Made by a program: the position numbers and the translations under genes
Shown here: piece after piece, positions 36,168-47,600 of the stretch
Position numbering within the stretch: the first letter of the stretch is position 1
Layout of the letters: each line of letters begins with the position of its first letter
Source of the DNA: Mobula hypostoma
Lineage: Eukaryota
NCBI RefSeq assembly: GCF_963921235.1
Contig: NC_086109.1
Span: forward strand, 16,556,001 to 16,620,000
DNA: 64,000 bases
Direction of reading: 5' to 3'
Notes under the pieces: model-generated
What the model saw: the letters and a program-made list of their open reading frames with translations, nothing else
Databases searched by the model: none
Told to the model about the DNA's origin: nothing

Positions 36168-37149
36168 TGACTGGAGATGGGATAGGGTCAAGCACATAGT
36201 GGTGGGATGTGAGAAATAGTAATCGGCCACACAGTCCCTCAACACACTCCCCAATTCAGTAACATCATAGCTGGACATATAGCTCAACCATCCTCCCACC
36301 TAAAAGAGATTAAAATATTAGCTTTATTTGTCACACATATATTGAAACATCAAAATAGTGTCATTTGTATCAATGACCAATGCAGTCCGAATAGCTGGGT
36401 ACAACCATGGCACTGGTGCCAACATAACATGCCCACATTTTACTAACCTTAACCCAGAAATCTTTTTTGGAATGTGGGAAAAAACCAGAGCATCCAGAGG
36501 AAGCCCATGTGGGCACAGGGAGACTGTACAACCTCCTTACAGACAGCAGCAAGAATTGTAAAACCTGAGGTTAACCACTACGCTACCATGCTTATCCTGA
36601 TATTGCTTGGATCCAAAAATCATTTCACTAAAGGCTTAAGTGTACGTCTGATCCACCGGGCAAAAAATTCAGAACTTAAAATTTTTGAGGTTAGCTATTT
36701 CGCAGGCTGCGATTTTGGACACGGGTCTCTACAGAGAAGTGGTTTCCGCATTGGAACAACCTCTGCAGGTGGAGGTGGACTGACAATGAAATTCAGCTGG
36801 GGTCAGCTCAACTCAGGGCTTTCACACATCAGGTGTGCACTGCCTGACTGCTTTACTGATCGCTAAGGTAGGAATGAGGAGGTGGGTGAGTGTATACGGA
36901 GAGTTGTGGGTGAAGGCCAAATTTCAGCGGTGTCTCTCCTGTCCTTGTAGAGCCACGGTAGGCACACTTACTCACCCTGTTTCAGAAACCAAAGCTCAAG
37001 GTGTTGACTGGAGATGGGATAGGGTCAAGCACATAGTGGTGGGATGTGAGAAATAGTAAACGGCCACACAGCCCCCCAGCTCACTCCCCAATCCAGTAAC
37101 ATCACAGCTGGGCCTATAGCTCGTCCATCCTCCCACCTAAAAGAGATTA
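36168..37149. repeat. ~145-bp direct repeat pair (36168-36312 and 37005-37149)
   Basis: TGACTGGAGATGGGATAGGGTCAAGCACATAG...CCTAAAAGAGATTA occurs twice, roughly 92% identical by eye. Confidence 0.92.
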
Positions 37150-37334
37150 GGGAGTGTTGCATAGTCAGAGGTGTGATCGCTCAAATGAGACCTGAAATTG
37201 AGGTCACTACCTCTCTCTGAGGTGGCTGTATGAGATTGCATATCACTGTTTCCAGGAAGATTAACGTAATTCTGCCTGGTGTCCAATCTAATATTATACT
37301 CTCAACCACCAATTAAGAAAACATCCCCTGATCC

Positions 37335-37810
37335 TAAGACATAACAGCAGAATTAGTCCATTTGGCCCATTGAGTCTGATCGGCCATTCCATCATGGGTG
37401 ATTTGTTATTCCTCTCAACCCTATTCCTCTGCTTTTTCCCAGTAACCTTGAACACCCTTACTAATCAAGAACTATCAAACCCTGCTTTAAATATACCCAT
37501 ATATTTCAATGAATTCCATTGATACACCACCCTGTGGCTTAAGAAATTCTTCCTCCCCTCTGCTGTAAAGGGATGTCCCTCTTTTCTGAGGCTGTGCCCT
37601 CTGGCCCTAGACTCCCCCACCACTCGAAACATCCTCTCTATGTCCAATTTCAATATTCGATCTTTCAATATTCGATTAACTTCAATGAGATACCTCCTTA
37701 TTCTTTTAAACTCCAGCGAGTACAGGCCTAGAGCAATCAAATACATCTCATACATGATCCCCTTTCGTTCCTAAAATCATTCTCGTGAATCTCCTCTGGA
37801 TCTTCTCCAA
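37335..37810 (-). mobile_element. CR1 3' fragment
   Basis: ORF 37465..37755 LGLYSLEFKRIR..GESRARGHSLR. Confidence 0.85.
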
Positions 37811-38059
37811 TAAGTGCAGTCTGTCTAAAGCTTTCTAAAGCCTCTGCTCTATCATGTTGCTGGATGCAAGAGCTCCTGACCACACATTGTCCATTGTACA
37901 TTTCTTACAGCAGTTGTCTACAGTACTTCAACACATTTCATTAGCTGCAAAGGGAATTGAGACCTCTGGTCATTAAAGATGCAGTAGAGGGCCAAGACCT
38001 TAATTGCATTATTTTTTGTGAATTTTAACAGCTGTTCTCTTTTCTTTTTCTTTGTGCAG

Positions 38060-38108
38060 TTAAAACCACAGAAGAGAATCGACCTTCACAGGATGACAAT
38101 GGATACTT
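38060..38108 (+). CDS. NFASC: Neurofascin first cytoplasmic exon (divergent), phase 1-2
   Basis: Strong pyrimidine tract + tgCAG|; gives KYP-V-KTTEENRPSQDDNGY and ends Tyr+2 nt at |GTAGGT, the expected intron position. Frame joins both 43595 and 44434. Confidence 0.8.
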
Positions 38109-39089
38109 GTAGGTCGTCACCTTTTGACTTATTGAAATGCTTACAATGAGACAGAGAGAGTTTCACCTACCTCCAGCTTTCCTACCCATCCCAGTGCTCC
38201 TGAGCCCAGCCATGGTTTGGTCAGGTTGCCTGGTGTTGATGGTGTAAGTAATTGCACAGTGCATGCACCCCACCACATAGCAACACGTTGTTGTCTGTGG
38301 CTGGAAGGATAGCCTTACACTCTTGAGTAAAACCAGGCAGGGAGCAATTCCACATTCAGATATCAACCCTTGAATTCATTCAATGGGAACTGAGTTTAGT
38401 AATGTCCATCTGGCCCAAAGTCATGCTGAAGCAGCTTTGTAACCTCAGTCACCTTACGTGCTCCAGAGAACTTCACGGCAGGATCTCATTGGAAGTTCAA
38501 GTGTTCCATTGATATAATGGATTTTTTAGTATAGTTATATTGAAGTAGCAGTGTGAATTCCTGCTGCATGGTCTATCATCATTGTCCCACCCAGCTATGG
38601 CTTCGTAGCTTGTGTAAAGCACAAGTTGCAATCTAAAAGCTCCTTTGCTTTCCAAGAGACGGCAGTGTGTAGGGCAACAATTTGCAGGCTCGTTCAGTCA
38701 CCTGCAGTAAAATGTATGAGAACTGTCTGCTCCTTTGCAAAGACTGGGTCATTCCTTCAGTCAGCACTGCTGCGTCTTTGAGGATCAAATCCTAAACCAG
38801 AACAAAATTATCTGCATACTTATCATCTGTCATCCAAAACCAATACAAGCTCTGATATTTTGTAGTCGATCAAAGTTCTCCCTCACAACTCTCAGACTAT
38901 CTGATTCGAAGTTTTAGAGATACAAAATCCATTCACTTAATATGGAACATAACTAAATTGTTATCATGATTATTTCTATAAAAGTCACCTTTTTTTTTAT
39001 AAAATAAAGAACATTTCCTTCAAATTATATGATTTAGTCTGATGGTACAAAAATGCTGATAGCAATGTCTGTAAATAAGTGTCTTAAAC

Positions 39090-39435
39090 ACTAAAAGCCA
39101 GAACAAATAAACTGAGGAACAGCTTCTATCCCAGAGCTGTGGCCTCCGTCACACCACTCCCACAGAACAATGACTGAAACTGTGAGCACACACGTGCACA
39201 TACAAGGACTCAAATACTTAACACTAATGGCACTTTGTGCATTACTGTGATCTTCTGGTGCTACTGCAACTTATTTTCTGCTACTTATCTATTTAATACT
39301 GTTTTTCTATTACTGTCTTGTTTTTATCTATCGCTTTATTTAATTTCCTGAGAGGAAGCCAAACAGAGTTTCATTGTACCTATGTATAATGAAAATAAAG
39401 ATCATTCAATTCAATTCAGTTCAATTCAATTCAAA
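39090..39435 (+). mobile_element. Rex1/L2-like LINE 3' end with (TTCAA)n tail
   Basis: KARTNKLRNSFYPRAV coding, AATAAA, then ATTCAATTCAATTCAG... Confidence 0.75.
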
Positions 39436-41177
39436 CAATCAGCTCCATTCCTTAATGTTTTTTCCCCTCAGAATGACTTTTAGTAGTTGCACCCAGCTTT
39501 ACATCACATACCAAGGTTTGCTTGGTCAGACCATTCGTGCTGCTTGATCCATATTGGAATAAACAGTTTGAGGTGCAGCACAGCAAGGAGCCGTTCAGCC
39601 CATCAGAGCTGTGCTACCTTTCCTATTATTTGGTGTCATGCTTCTCCTCTCAACAGTTGTTGGTCGGCCTCTTGTTCTTCATGTTCATTGCTTAAGACCA
39701 TCTGGAGTATGTTGACCGAGGGAATCCTAAACTTACACATTTGATTCACACACCCAGTCTGGCTCTCTGGCCCTGCCTTCAGCCATTCCTGATCCCTGCC
39801 CGGACAGGACTTACTGGGAAACCATGAGAAATGGGAACCTTGACCAAAGATGCATGTGGGTTTCTATATAATATTGGCAAACTTGGCCCAGACTGGAAAT
39901 TAAATTGCACATTCCCTCCGTGAGAACCTTATCTTTGATTTAGTTCCAGTTTCCATTCCATTCAATCCTTGATGTTTATGACAGCAGTTATTTTGTTGTC
40001 AAGTCACCATGGACTGGTGTACAATTGAAGGCGGTTGCACTGCTGAAGAAAATTCCCACAGAGCTAAATTCCTCTGTGAAAATAGATGGCAAGGCAATTT
40101 CATATAGAGTTTGACATAATTCCCCTGTCATGTCCTTCTACCAGTTCAGTGCATAGGTCATTAAATCATTTCAGTCATGTGTAACTCCTATTTCAGTCCT
40201 GGCAGCTTACTCTTTCAACCCCTTCTGATGTTGAACTCTTGTCCACTACGGCCAGTAAATTCCCATTGCATGTTTAAGGATCAAGGATGACCGTAGAAGG
40301 TCCAATGAACTTTAAAGCAATGTGTGCAGCGCAGGGCCACACTAACACATATTGTGCTCCTTGCCCTGGATCATTTGCAGCCACTTTGAAACTTGCCTTG
40401 CTCAAGTTCTAGCAGGGATCAGTTAGTTCACCTTAAGATAACAATTGGATCTGGTCCATTTATGGACCAGTGTACCTCAGGACACTGGGCTCATCTTTCC
40501 GCAGATCCACTGGTGTTAGCAGCTGGGAAGCATTGGGATGTTAAAGTTGGCAAGTTTGAAAAAGTTTGATTTCAGTCCCCTCCCCTCTCCCTGCTTATGA
40601 GGTGGTGATACTGCCTCGTTCAATCATTTTCGAATTCCATTCATTCCTTGTGACGCAATCCATCTCCTGACATTCGTAGTTCGTGTTGGCCCAGTCTTGT
40701 TCTGCTGTAGAAGTGTCTTTGTGCATGCTTACACTCACCAATGCCTTTATGTTTCTTTATTCACCGCTCCCTAGACCCAGGCTGGACAAAAGGTATTACT
40801 GTGATCTTCAGAATTATACAAACCAGTTATCCGTCCTGCTCATGAGTTCCAATTAGATGACTTTCACTTATACACGAACCATTTGTGGGTGGAGATTGAT
40901 TCTGAATTACTTTCATTTATAAGCAGGAGACCCTGGGGATATTCTATCTCTCTTCTCATGGAATTTGTTTGTTTTGAGCGAGAGATGCTTGAGGAATCCA
41001 GGAAAAGATTGGGTTATCTCAAATGGGTCTCATTGCAATAGAAAAAATGGCCATCCATCACCAACCTAAAGTGCCCCTCAATCTGCATTTTTAATTTAGC
41101 ATGCAACAGGCTCCAGAACTCATGGAAAACACGGGGTCTAGGGCACACTTCAAGGTCTTAGTGACCACTTTGGAGAT

Positions 41178-41440
41178 TGTTGGGGTGGCTCAGTGATAGC
41201 GCCAGAGGAGCTGCTACTTCATGGCACCAGAGACCTGGGGTTATTCCTGACCGTATGTGCTGTCTATGTGGAGTTTGCATGTTCTCCCCATGGACTTCTC
41301 AGAGTGCTGTGGCCTTCCTTCCACATCCTAAAGTGCTGCAGGTTGGTAGATTAATTGGCAGCTGTAAATTGCCCCAACCACGGGTGAGTGATAAAATCTG
41401 GAAGGAGATTGTGGAGCAACTAAGAAATGGGATTACTGTC
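41178..41440 (+). mobile_element. Old SINE
   Basis: GGTGGCTCAGTG..AGACCTGGGGTTATTCCTGACC..GGAGTTTGCATGTTCTCCC core. Confidence 0.7.
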
Positions 41441-43594
41441 AGACTAGTAAAAGTGGGCAGTGGGCATCCCTGGTACTCGTAGGTCCTCACCTCTGGCAGA
41501 TTTACTTTTAAGGCAAGAGTACTGAGGGGCATGAAACCATCGCCAATAAGGAGGAAAAGTACAGATTTACTATGATCTAATTGAAAGACTTGAGGGGCAA
41601 AATGACCTACTCCTATTTGTCAGAAAACCTTATGGAAGGTTGACTACCTATAGGTTTAGCTATTCCACTAACTTGATGCATGCATCATTATTCCTGTCCA
41701 GTAAATCTTGGGAGTTAACTAAAACAAACAGAAAGTAACATACTGTAGATGTAGTACTATTTAACGGTATCCATTAAACCAATTATTGCTGCTGTTTGAA
41801 TCAATTTTTCTTCTGTCTACACGAAGTTCTTTTCTCTACATGTTACTTTCTTCATTAGTGAGGATGCCTTTGCATGTAAATAGCAGCATTCACAGTCTTT
41901 AGGTGGGATATATCAGCAGGTACTTGGGACATAGTAAAAATGGGGGGGGGGTGTAGGGTGAGAAAAGTGCTGGGATATGTTATTGTGTTGAGCAAAAGCA
42001 TGAATTTGTGAATTCCATATGGTAGTTGTCTATACTGCTGATAGGTAGTTATAGCCAGATAGAAATGCATTGAACCAGTTAACTTGAAGTAGAACACAAA
42101 GGGAAGTGCAAAAGATCCAAAAAATATACATACCCTGGGCAAAACTTACCTTAGGGAGGGTATCTCATAAGTGAAGTAATTTGCTAATCGATTGATATCC
42201 ACATAATATTCAACTTGATGTAAGATTTCAAGAAACAATCTATGGCCACAGCATTACCTAAAAATAAATGCATGTGCAATTTTCATGGCTATGATCATAG
42301 ACCAAGCTGATCTTGGCCATTATAAATTGTGATCTTGATACCAATTCAAGCCAAACATTAACTGGAATATGGGCGCCTCTTTGAAATCTTTAAGAGGCTA
42401 GTCCTTGGCTATTTCTTTGGCCGCATTCAGTTTAGCCGCTGATCATCCCCAAGCATTCAGCTCACTGTAAGTAAGAATTATGTGCATGGCCACACTGTAC
42501 CCCATTTCCATCATAATGCCCATAACAGCATGTCTTGCATTGAAAACATCAAGTTATGATAGTAAGATTGGCATGGAGGGGGTTTTCATTCTGGACAAAG
42601 CAGCATTATTGAAAGATAGTCAAGTTAACTGTGCTTAGTAAAAGAAACCTGGAATTTTTATTCTAAAGGCCAAAGAGAAAACATTTGTGTGATTTATCTT
42701 CCTCCTTCATCCATTGCCTTGTTAAGGCAAAAGAAATTCGGATCTGAGCAGAATGACTTAATATATTTTGAAACAGTTTGTGCCGAGCATAAAATAATGC
42801 TGTGCTCCCCAAATCTCTGTAGCCCAGTGGAACAATTGGCCAGTAAAAGAAACCCAAAGGTTTACGTCTTTGTTCTCAGTCACCTAGTAAATGTTCCCTC
42901 AATAATCATAGAGAATATAATATCTATCCATGTTACTCAGAATAAGTGTAAATTATGATGGGGGGGGGTAGAAATAAAGTTTATTTCCTCTTGCTCTGAG
43001 CCATCAAGCGGAACTTTTAGCAAGTGAAAGAATCCTTATTTGCCAACCAGAGACATCAACCTCAGCCGAGGGACACAAACTATACAATGCTTTTTGGGGA
43101 TAATCTCAGTTTGAATTTAATTTCCTTGATGTACCATGATGATTTTGAGCACAGTTCCTTCTAAAATTCTTATTTGCCTCAATTTCTGCTCTATTTTTAT
43201 TTTCATGTGTTCAGCCTTCACAAACCAAGAGTAACATTTTTATAGGAGTTTGGGAATACATTAAGAATTTGGAAACCTTTGATTTAAGTAATGGGAATCC
43301 ACTTTCAAAATGTGCTTTAACGTCTTCTCATTGGCTTTAGGATTACGATTGAATTCCTTGTGTTTGCTGTTGACATTGGGATTAAGTGGATGGCTACCAG
43401 CAGTTTGGAATTGGAAAGGATTTGTTTGACTTTTTATAAATGCTGAAATGTTCTTTAGATCTAAATTAAGAAAATAACAGTAAACTATGTCCATGAGCTT
43501 AAATATCACAATTCTAACCAATCTTCCTGTTCTGTTTCTCTTGTCCTTTGTCTACCCTGCTGTTCGGTTTCTCTTCCACCAATGGGAAATGCAG

Positions 43595-43606
43595 GTCTCT
43601 AGAAAG
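43595..43606 (+). CDS. NFASC: 12-nt RSLE-type alternatively spliced microexon of L1-family CAMs
   Basis: aatgCAG|GTCTCTAGAAAG|GTACGA encodes (x)SLE(S); upstream CTAAC branch point 43514-43518 and long pyrimidine tract. Confidence 0.92.
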
Positions 43607-43847
43607 GTACGAAAACATGCTTGCTTCTAAAGTGTTTTTGAAAAGTCTTGATATCAGGCTGGGAATGATATTTGGCCATTGAATTATCAGGATCACAAAG
43701 TGAAAATGTCATTTTATGGCAATGTTTGGGCTGTGTTTTAGATTAAAGCTGATTTTAAAATGAGGAAAACCCAACCTTCAAGCCTTATGGCGCATTCTTT
43801 TTGGTGCTTCTCCTAACACTAGGAGGAAGTGGACATTACATTGATCC

Positions 43848-44035
43848 GGCTGGTGGTGTAGTGGCGTCTACACCAGACTTCAAGGCGAGTGGTCCAGGGT
43901 TTGAACCTGGCTTTCTCCTTACATACTTTCCATCCGTGCTAGGTTGAGCATCGATCTAGCAACTCAACCTCATAAAAAACAGATAAAAATGTTAAAGAAA
44001 TGGCATCCCATGCGCCACAAGGCACGGAATGGAAC
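43848..44035 (+). mobile_element. tRNA-headed SINE between the microexon and the last exon
   Basis: GGCTGGTGGTGTAGTGG (A box)..GGTTTGAACC (B box) followed by a non-tRNA body. Confidence 0.65.
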
Positions 44036-44433
44036 AATAGTACATTAACATCGATTACGAAGTAGAAACCTTGTATCTGGTTGAGTTAAGGATGGGTAGA
44101 GAGCTGTCATTGCCGTTAGGAGATGGCTCAAGGACAACAAGATACAGTTGTAAAACTTTAAGCAAAAGTTCCAAGAGAGATATGGAAAAAAGTATTTATG
44201 CCAGGAACAGGTCAGTTATGATGTGGAGGATTGTTGGAAAGAAATAGAAGGGTTGCTGGAAAGAATTTGCATGAGCTACAGATTAAAAATGGGGAATTGT
44301 GACTGGTATGTTTGCTCCATTGGGGATAGTATGTACACCATGGAATGAATGGCATTCCTCTGTGCCATAAGAATTTGATGTATCAGTTAGATTACCATTG
44401 ACATTGACTGTACCTCCATCCCATCTCTTCCAG

Positions 44434-44677
44434 TGACAATGAAGACAGCAAAAAACCTCAGGGCAGCCAGTCTTCAGTGGACGGGACGGTGAAGCAAGAG
44501 GAAAGCGATGACAGCATCGTCATTTATGGTGATGGCGACGAAAATTCCCGCTTTGGTGAGGATGGGTCCTTCATCGGCCAGTATACGGTCAAAAAAGACA
44601 AAGAGGAGACAGAGGGCAACGACAGCTCGGAGGCCACATCTCCAGTTAACCCGGCCTACTCCTTGGCACAGATGTGA
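44434..44677 (+). CDS. NFASC: Neurofascin last coding exon with ankyrin-binding FIGQY motif
   Basis: ttcCAG|; [97 protein letters not shown] is neurofascin-diagnostic; TGA at 44675-44677. Confidence 0.97.
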
Positions 44678-47600
44678 AGGGAAGAAATGACACCAGAGCA
44701 TATGGGCACAGGTGCTACCAAGGCAGTAAATACATTTGATTTACCTACCAATATTCATACACCATGGAAAAACAAAAATTTGATTATCCAAATTTGAAAG
44801 GCCGAGCAGTGAAGAAGACAAGAGATAACACCTGAAGAAAAGGATGCAGTGTGGAAGTTAGAGCGGTTTACTGGGCTTTGGAAAAATGTAGCCACCGTTT
44901 GTTGCAAATATATTCAATAATCACACCCGCAAGAGTAAGAAATGCTGATTTTTCTCCCCATTCACTTTAGATTGCAAGTAACACCACGTTGGGGCAATGT
45001 GTAACACTGTCTATAGATGTCGCTAGCTAGTACCTTGTCATTCTCCAGTTGTACACTCTGGCCATGAGCGTTAGATGCCGCCTGGCCACAGATCTACATC
45101 AGAAGAAAGCTCTGGGAGGATTTTTATCATTATGCTGTTTTTGACAAAAAACTTACTCTGGGATGTGACAACTGAAATGACATAAGGGGAGATGGTTGTG
45201 TTCACTGGTCCCCCTCACTACCCTCTCTTGTTTTGGACTATATGCTCCTTCAAAACCAAAGGTTTAGGCCAAGCGGACGTTAAGGAACACTTGGGAGTGA
45301 TGTTTATTAAGAGCAACTGGACTTGAAAAGTCTCTTGCGTGCATGGAACTACTTAAGTATGGTGCACAGAAACAAATTTATCAGGCATAATTTTTCAGGT
45401 CGAGCCTTAGGGAGGAAAGTTCCATCTCACATTTTGGCATTGTTAGTTGGCAGCATTACCATTGAAGGATCAATTCCACCTCTTGTTTCCATCCCCAGAA
45501 TCAGCAGAGCAGAATGCCCATCTCACCCAAGAGAGCCCTTTGCTGAATTTGTTTCTCTCAAAGGGAAACTAGACAGTCGTCATCATTCCACAGATAGCTT
45601 TGCTTCATACGGTTTAAGATACAAATGGGTAGACTTCCGCTGAAACTTCTCAGGCTGTTCTCAGCTGGCTGCCTGTAAAAGTTCAGACATCCTGAGTCAT
45701 TTGCAGATATATTCAAAATGGCAGGGCTTTGAATCCCAGCCACTTGCGAGATAAACCATAGCTCCCATCTAGGAGTAAGTTTCAACATTTCCAATCCCAA
45801 TGGTGACATATCTCCATCCTTCAGCAATTTTAATTCTTAACCTCAGATTGCACATCCTCCGGATAAAAATTCTTGATATTTCCTCTGCTCAGATTCATTT
45901 TGTCAAGTTAACGACATCTTTGCTCCTTGTTCCTTGCAGATAAACACATCAACAACTGTAACTTATGTTCTGTATTGATTTTTGTCCAGCTTAGTGGAAC
46001 AGACAAGAAGAGTAGGCAGCCATTTAATGATCCATATCTAACATCCCAAAACCAATGAAACACTAAAAATATCAAGACATGTGCTGTCTTAATCTACAGC
46101 TTGTGACCTTACACTGAACCTCACTTAACATGGCACCATTCTGAGAATTATTATTCCAGTGCCAATATCAGTCAGATGTTTGGAAGTCAAGATTCAATTT
46201 CCTATTCATAGAAGCAACTATATTTATGATGTCCAGGAAGATTTTTATATTTAACAGTTCAGATTGCTTCTCTAAAATTAGAACCTCTGTACCAAATTCT
46301 CTGTGCTGTGATGTTATTCTTAAAGTAGAGGTTTTCAGCCCCAACCTGTTCATTTTAATCAGTTCCTTGACACTCTGGGTAAGAACTCACACACCTGCTC
46401 AGTTCAGACTCTCTAGCACTTTGCTGCCCTTCTTAATTATTCTGCTTTCCACCTTCTTCAATTCCTTCTGGGATGGGGAGCAATGGGACAGCAGTGGCAA
46501 AGACGAAGAGGGGCACAGGTAACCAAAGTTGTAGAGTCATAGAAACTACAGCACAGAAACAAGCTCTTTGGCTCATCTAGTCCAAGCTGAACCGTTATGC
46601 TGCCTTGTCCCATTGACTGGCATCTGAACCGTAGGCCTCCATACCCCGCTCATCCATGCTCTTCCTCTGGCAGCTCATTCCACACTCTCATCACCCTCGT
46701 GAGTGAAGAAGATTCCCCTCACGTTCCCCTAGTCTCTGAGCTCTTGCTTCCCAATTGTAGTTGACTCCGCGCCAATGGAGTTGGATAGATAGGCATTTAG
46801 AGGTAAGCATTATAGTAGTCACTTGGCCACCAGATTCAACAGGAAGGCAGGTAGAGAAGGTTATTGGACCCTCAGTGACTGCTTAAGCATTTAAAACAAT
46901 GCTAATCTGCAGACATGTATCCACTTCTGCCCTCCACTATCCCTTAATAGTTTTGATTAATAAAAAAAATACATCAATCTGACATTCAAAATTAACATTG
47001 ATGAGGGTTTCAAACCTCTATCACTCTTGATCCTCCAGCTCTCCATCCAACAGCTGGGATAGACAGGAATATCAACATATTCCAACCAGAAAATTAGGTC
47101 TTTTTTTTAATCAGAATCAGGTTTATTATCACTGACATAAGTTGTGGAATTTATTATTTTGCAACAGTAGTACAGTGCAATATCTAAAACGTAATTACTG
47201 TATGTCACAATAAGAAATATTAAGAACAAATAAGTAGTTGCAAAATTATCTGCTTTGATTAAAAAATGCATATATTAGAAAGAGGAAAAATCAAAGTCCT
47301 TGATCTAATCAGGTATCTAATTAGTCAGGGTATCAAGGGATATGGGGAAAAAGTTGGAACTACATGGGTGAATAGTTTAGCTCATGGGGGAGCTGCAGAG
47401 CAGACTCGATGGGCCGAATGGCCTACTTCTGCTCCTGTGTCTTGTGATCTTGTGATCTGACCATTCCCCCTTTGTTATTTATTTTAACCTGCAATGTGGT
47501 GATGTATATGTGGTGTCACTTCGAGGCAACCACATTTCTATTAGCAAATTTCACTGTGTATAGGTTATTACAGTATGTGTTTATTGCGTACAACAGATAT

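Noticed and set aside
38060..38112. Alternative donor TAG|GTCGTC giving a tail-less isoform
   Set aside because: Weak donor that introduces an in-frame stop; the GTAGGT donor at 38109 fits the conserved phase.
43848..43915. tRNA gene
   Set aside because: A/B boxes are present but there is no convincing cloverleaf, and it runs into a SINE body.
34790..44677. Assignment as NRCAM, L1CAM or CHL1
   Set aside because: [27 protein letters not shown] and a PAT exon all point to neurofascin.
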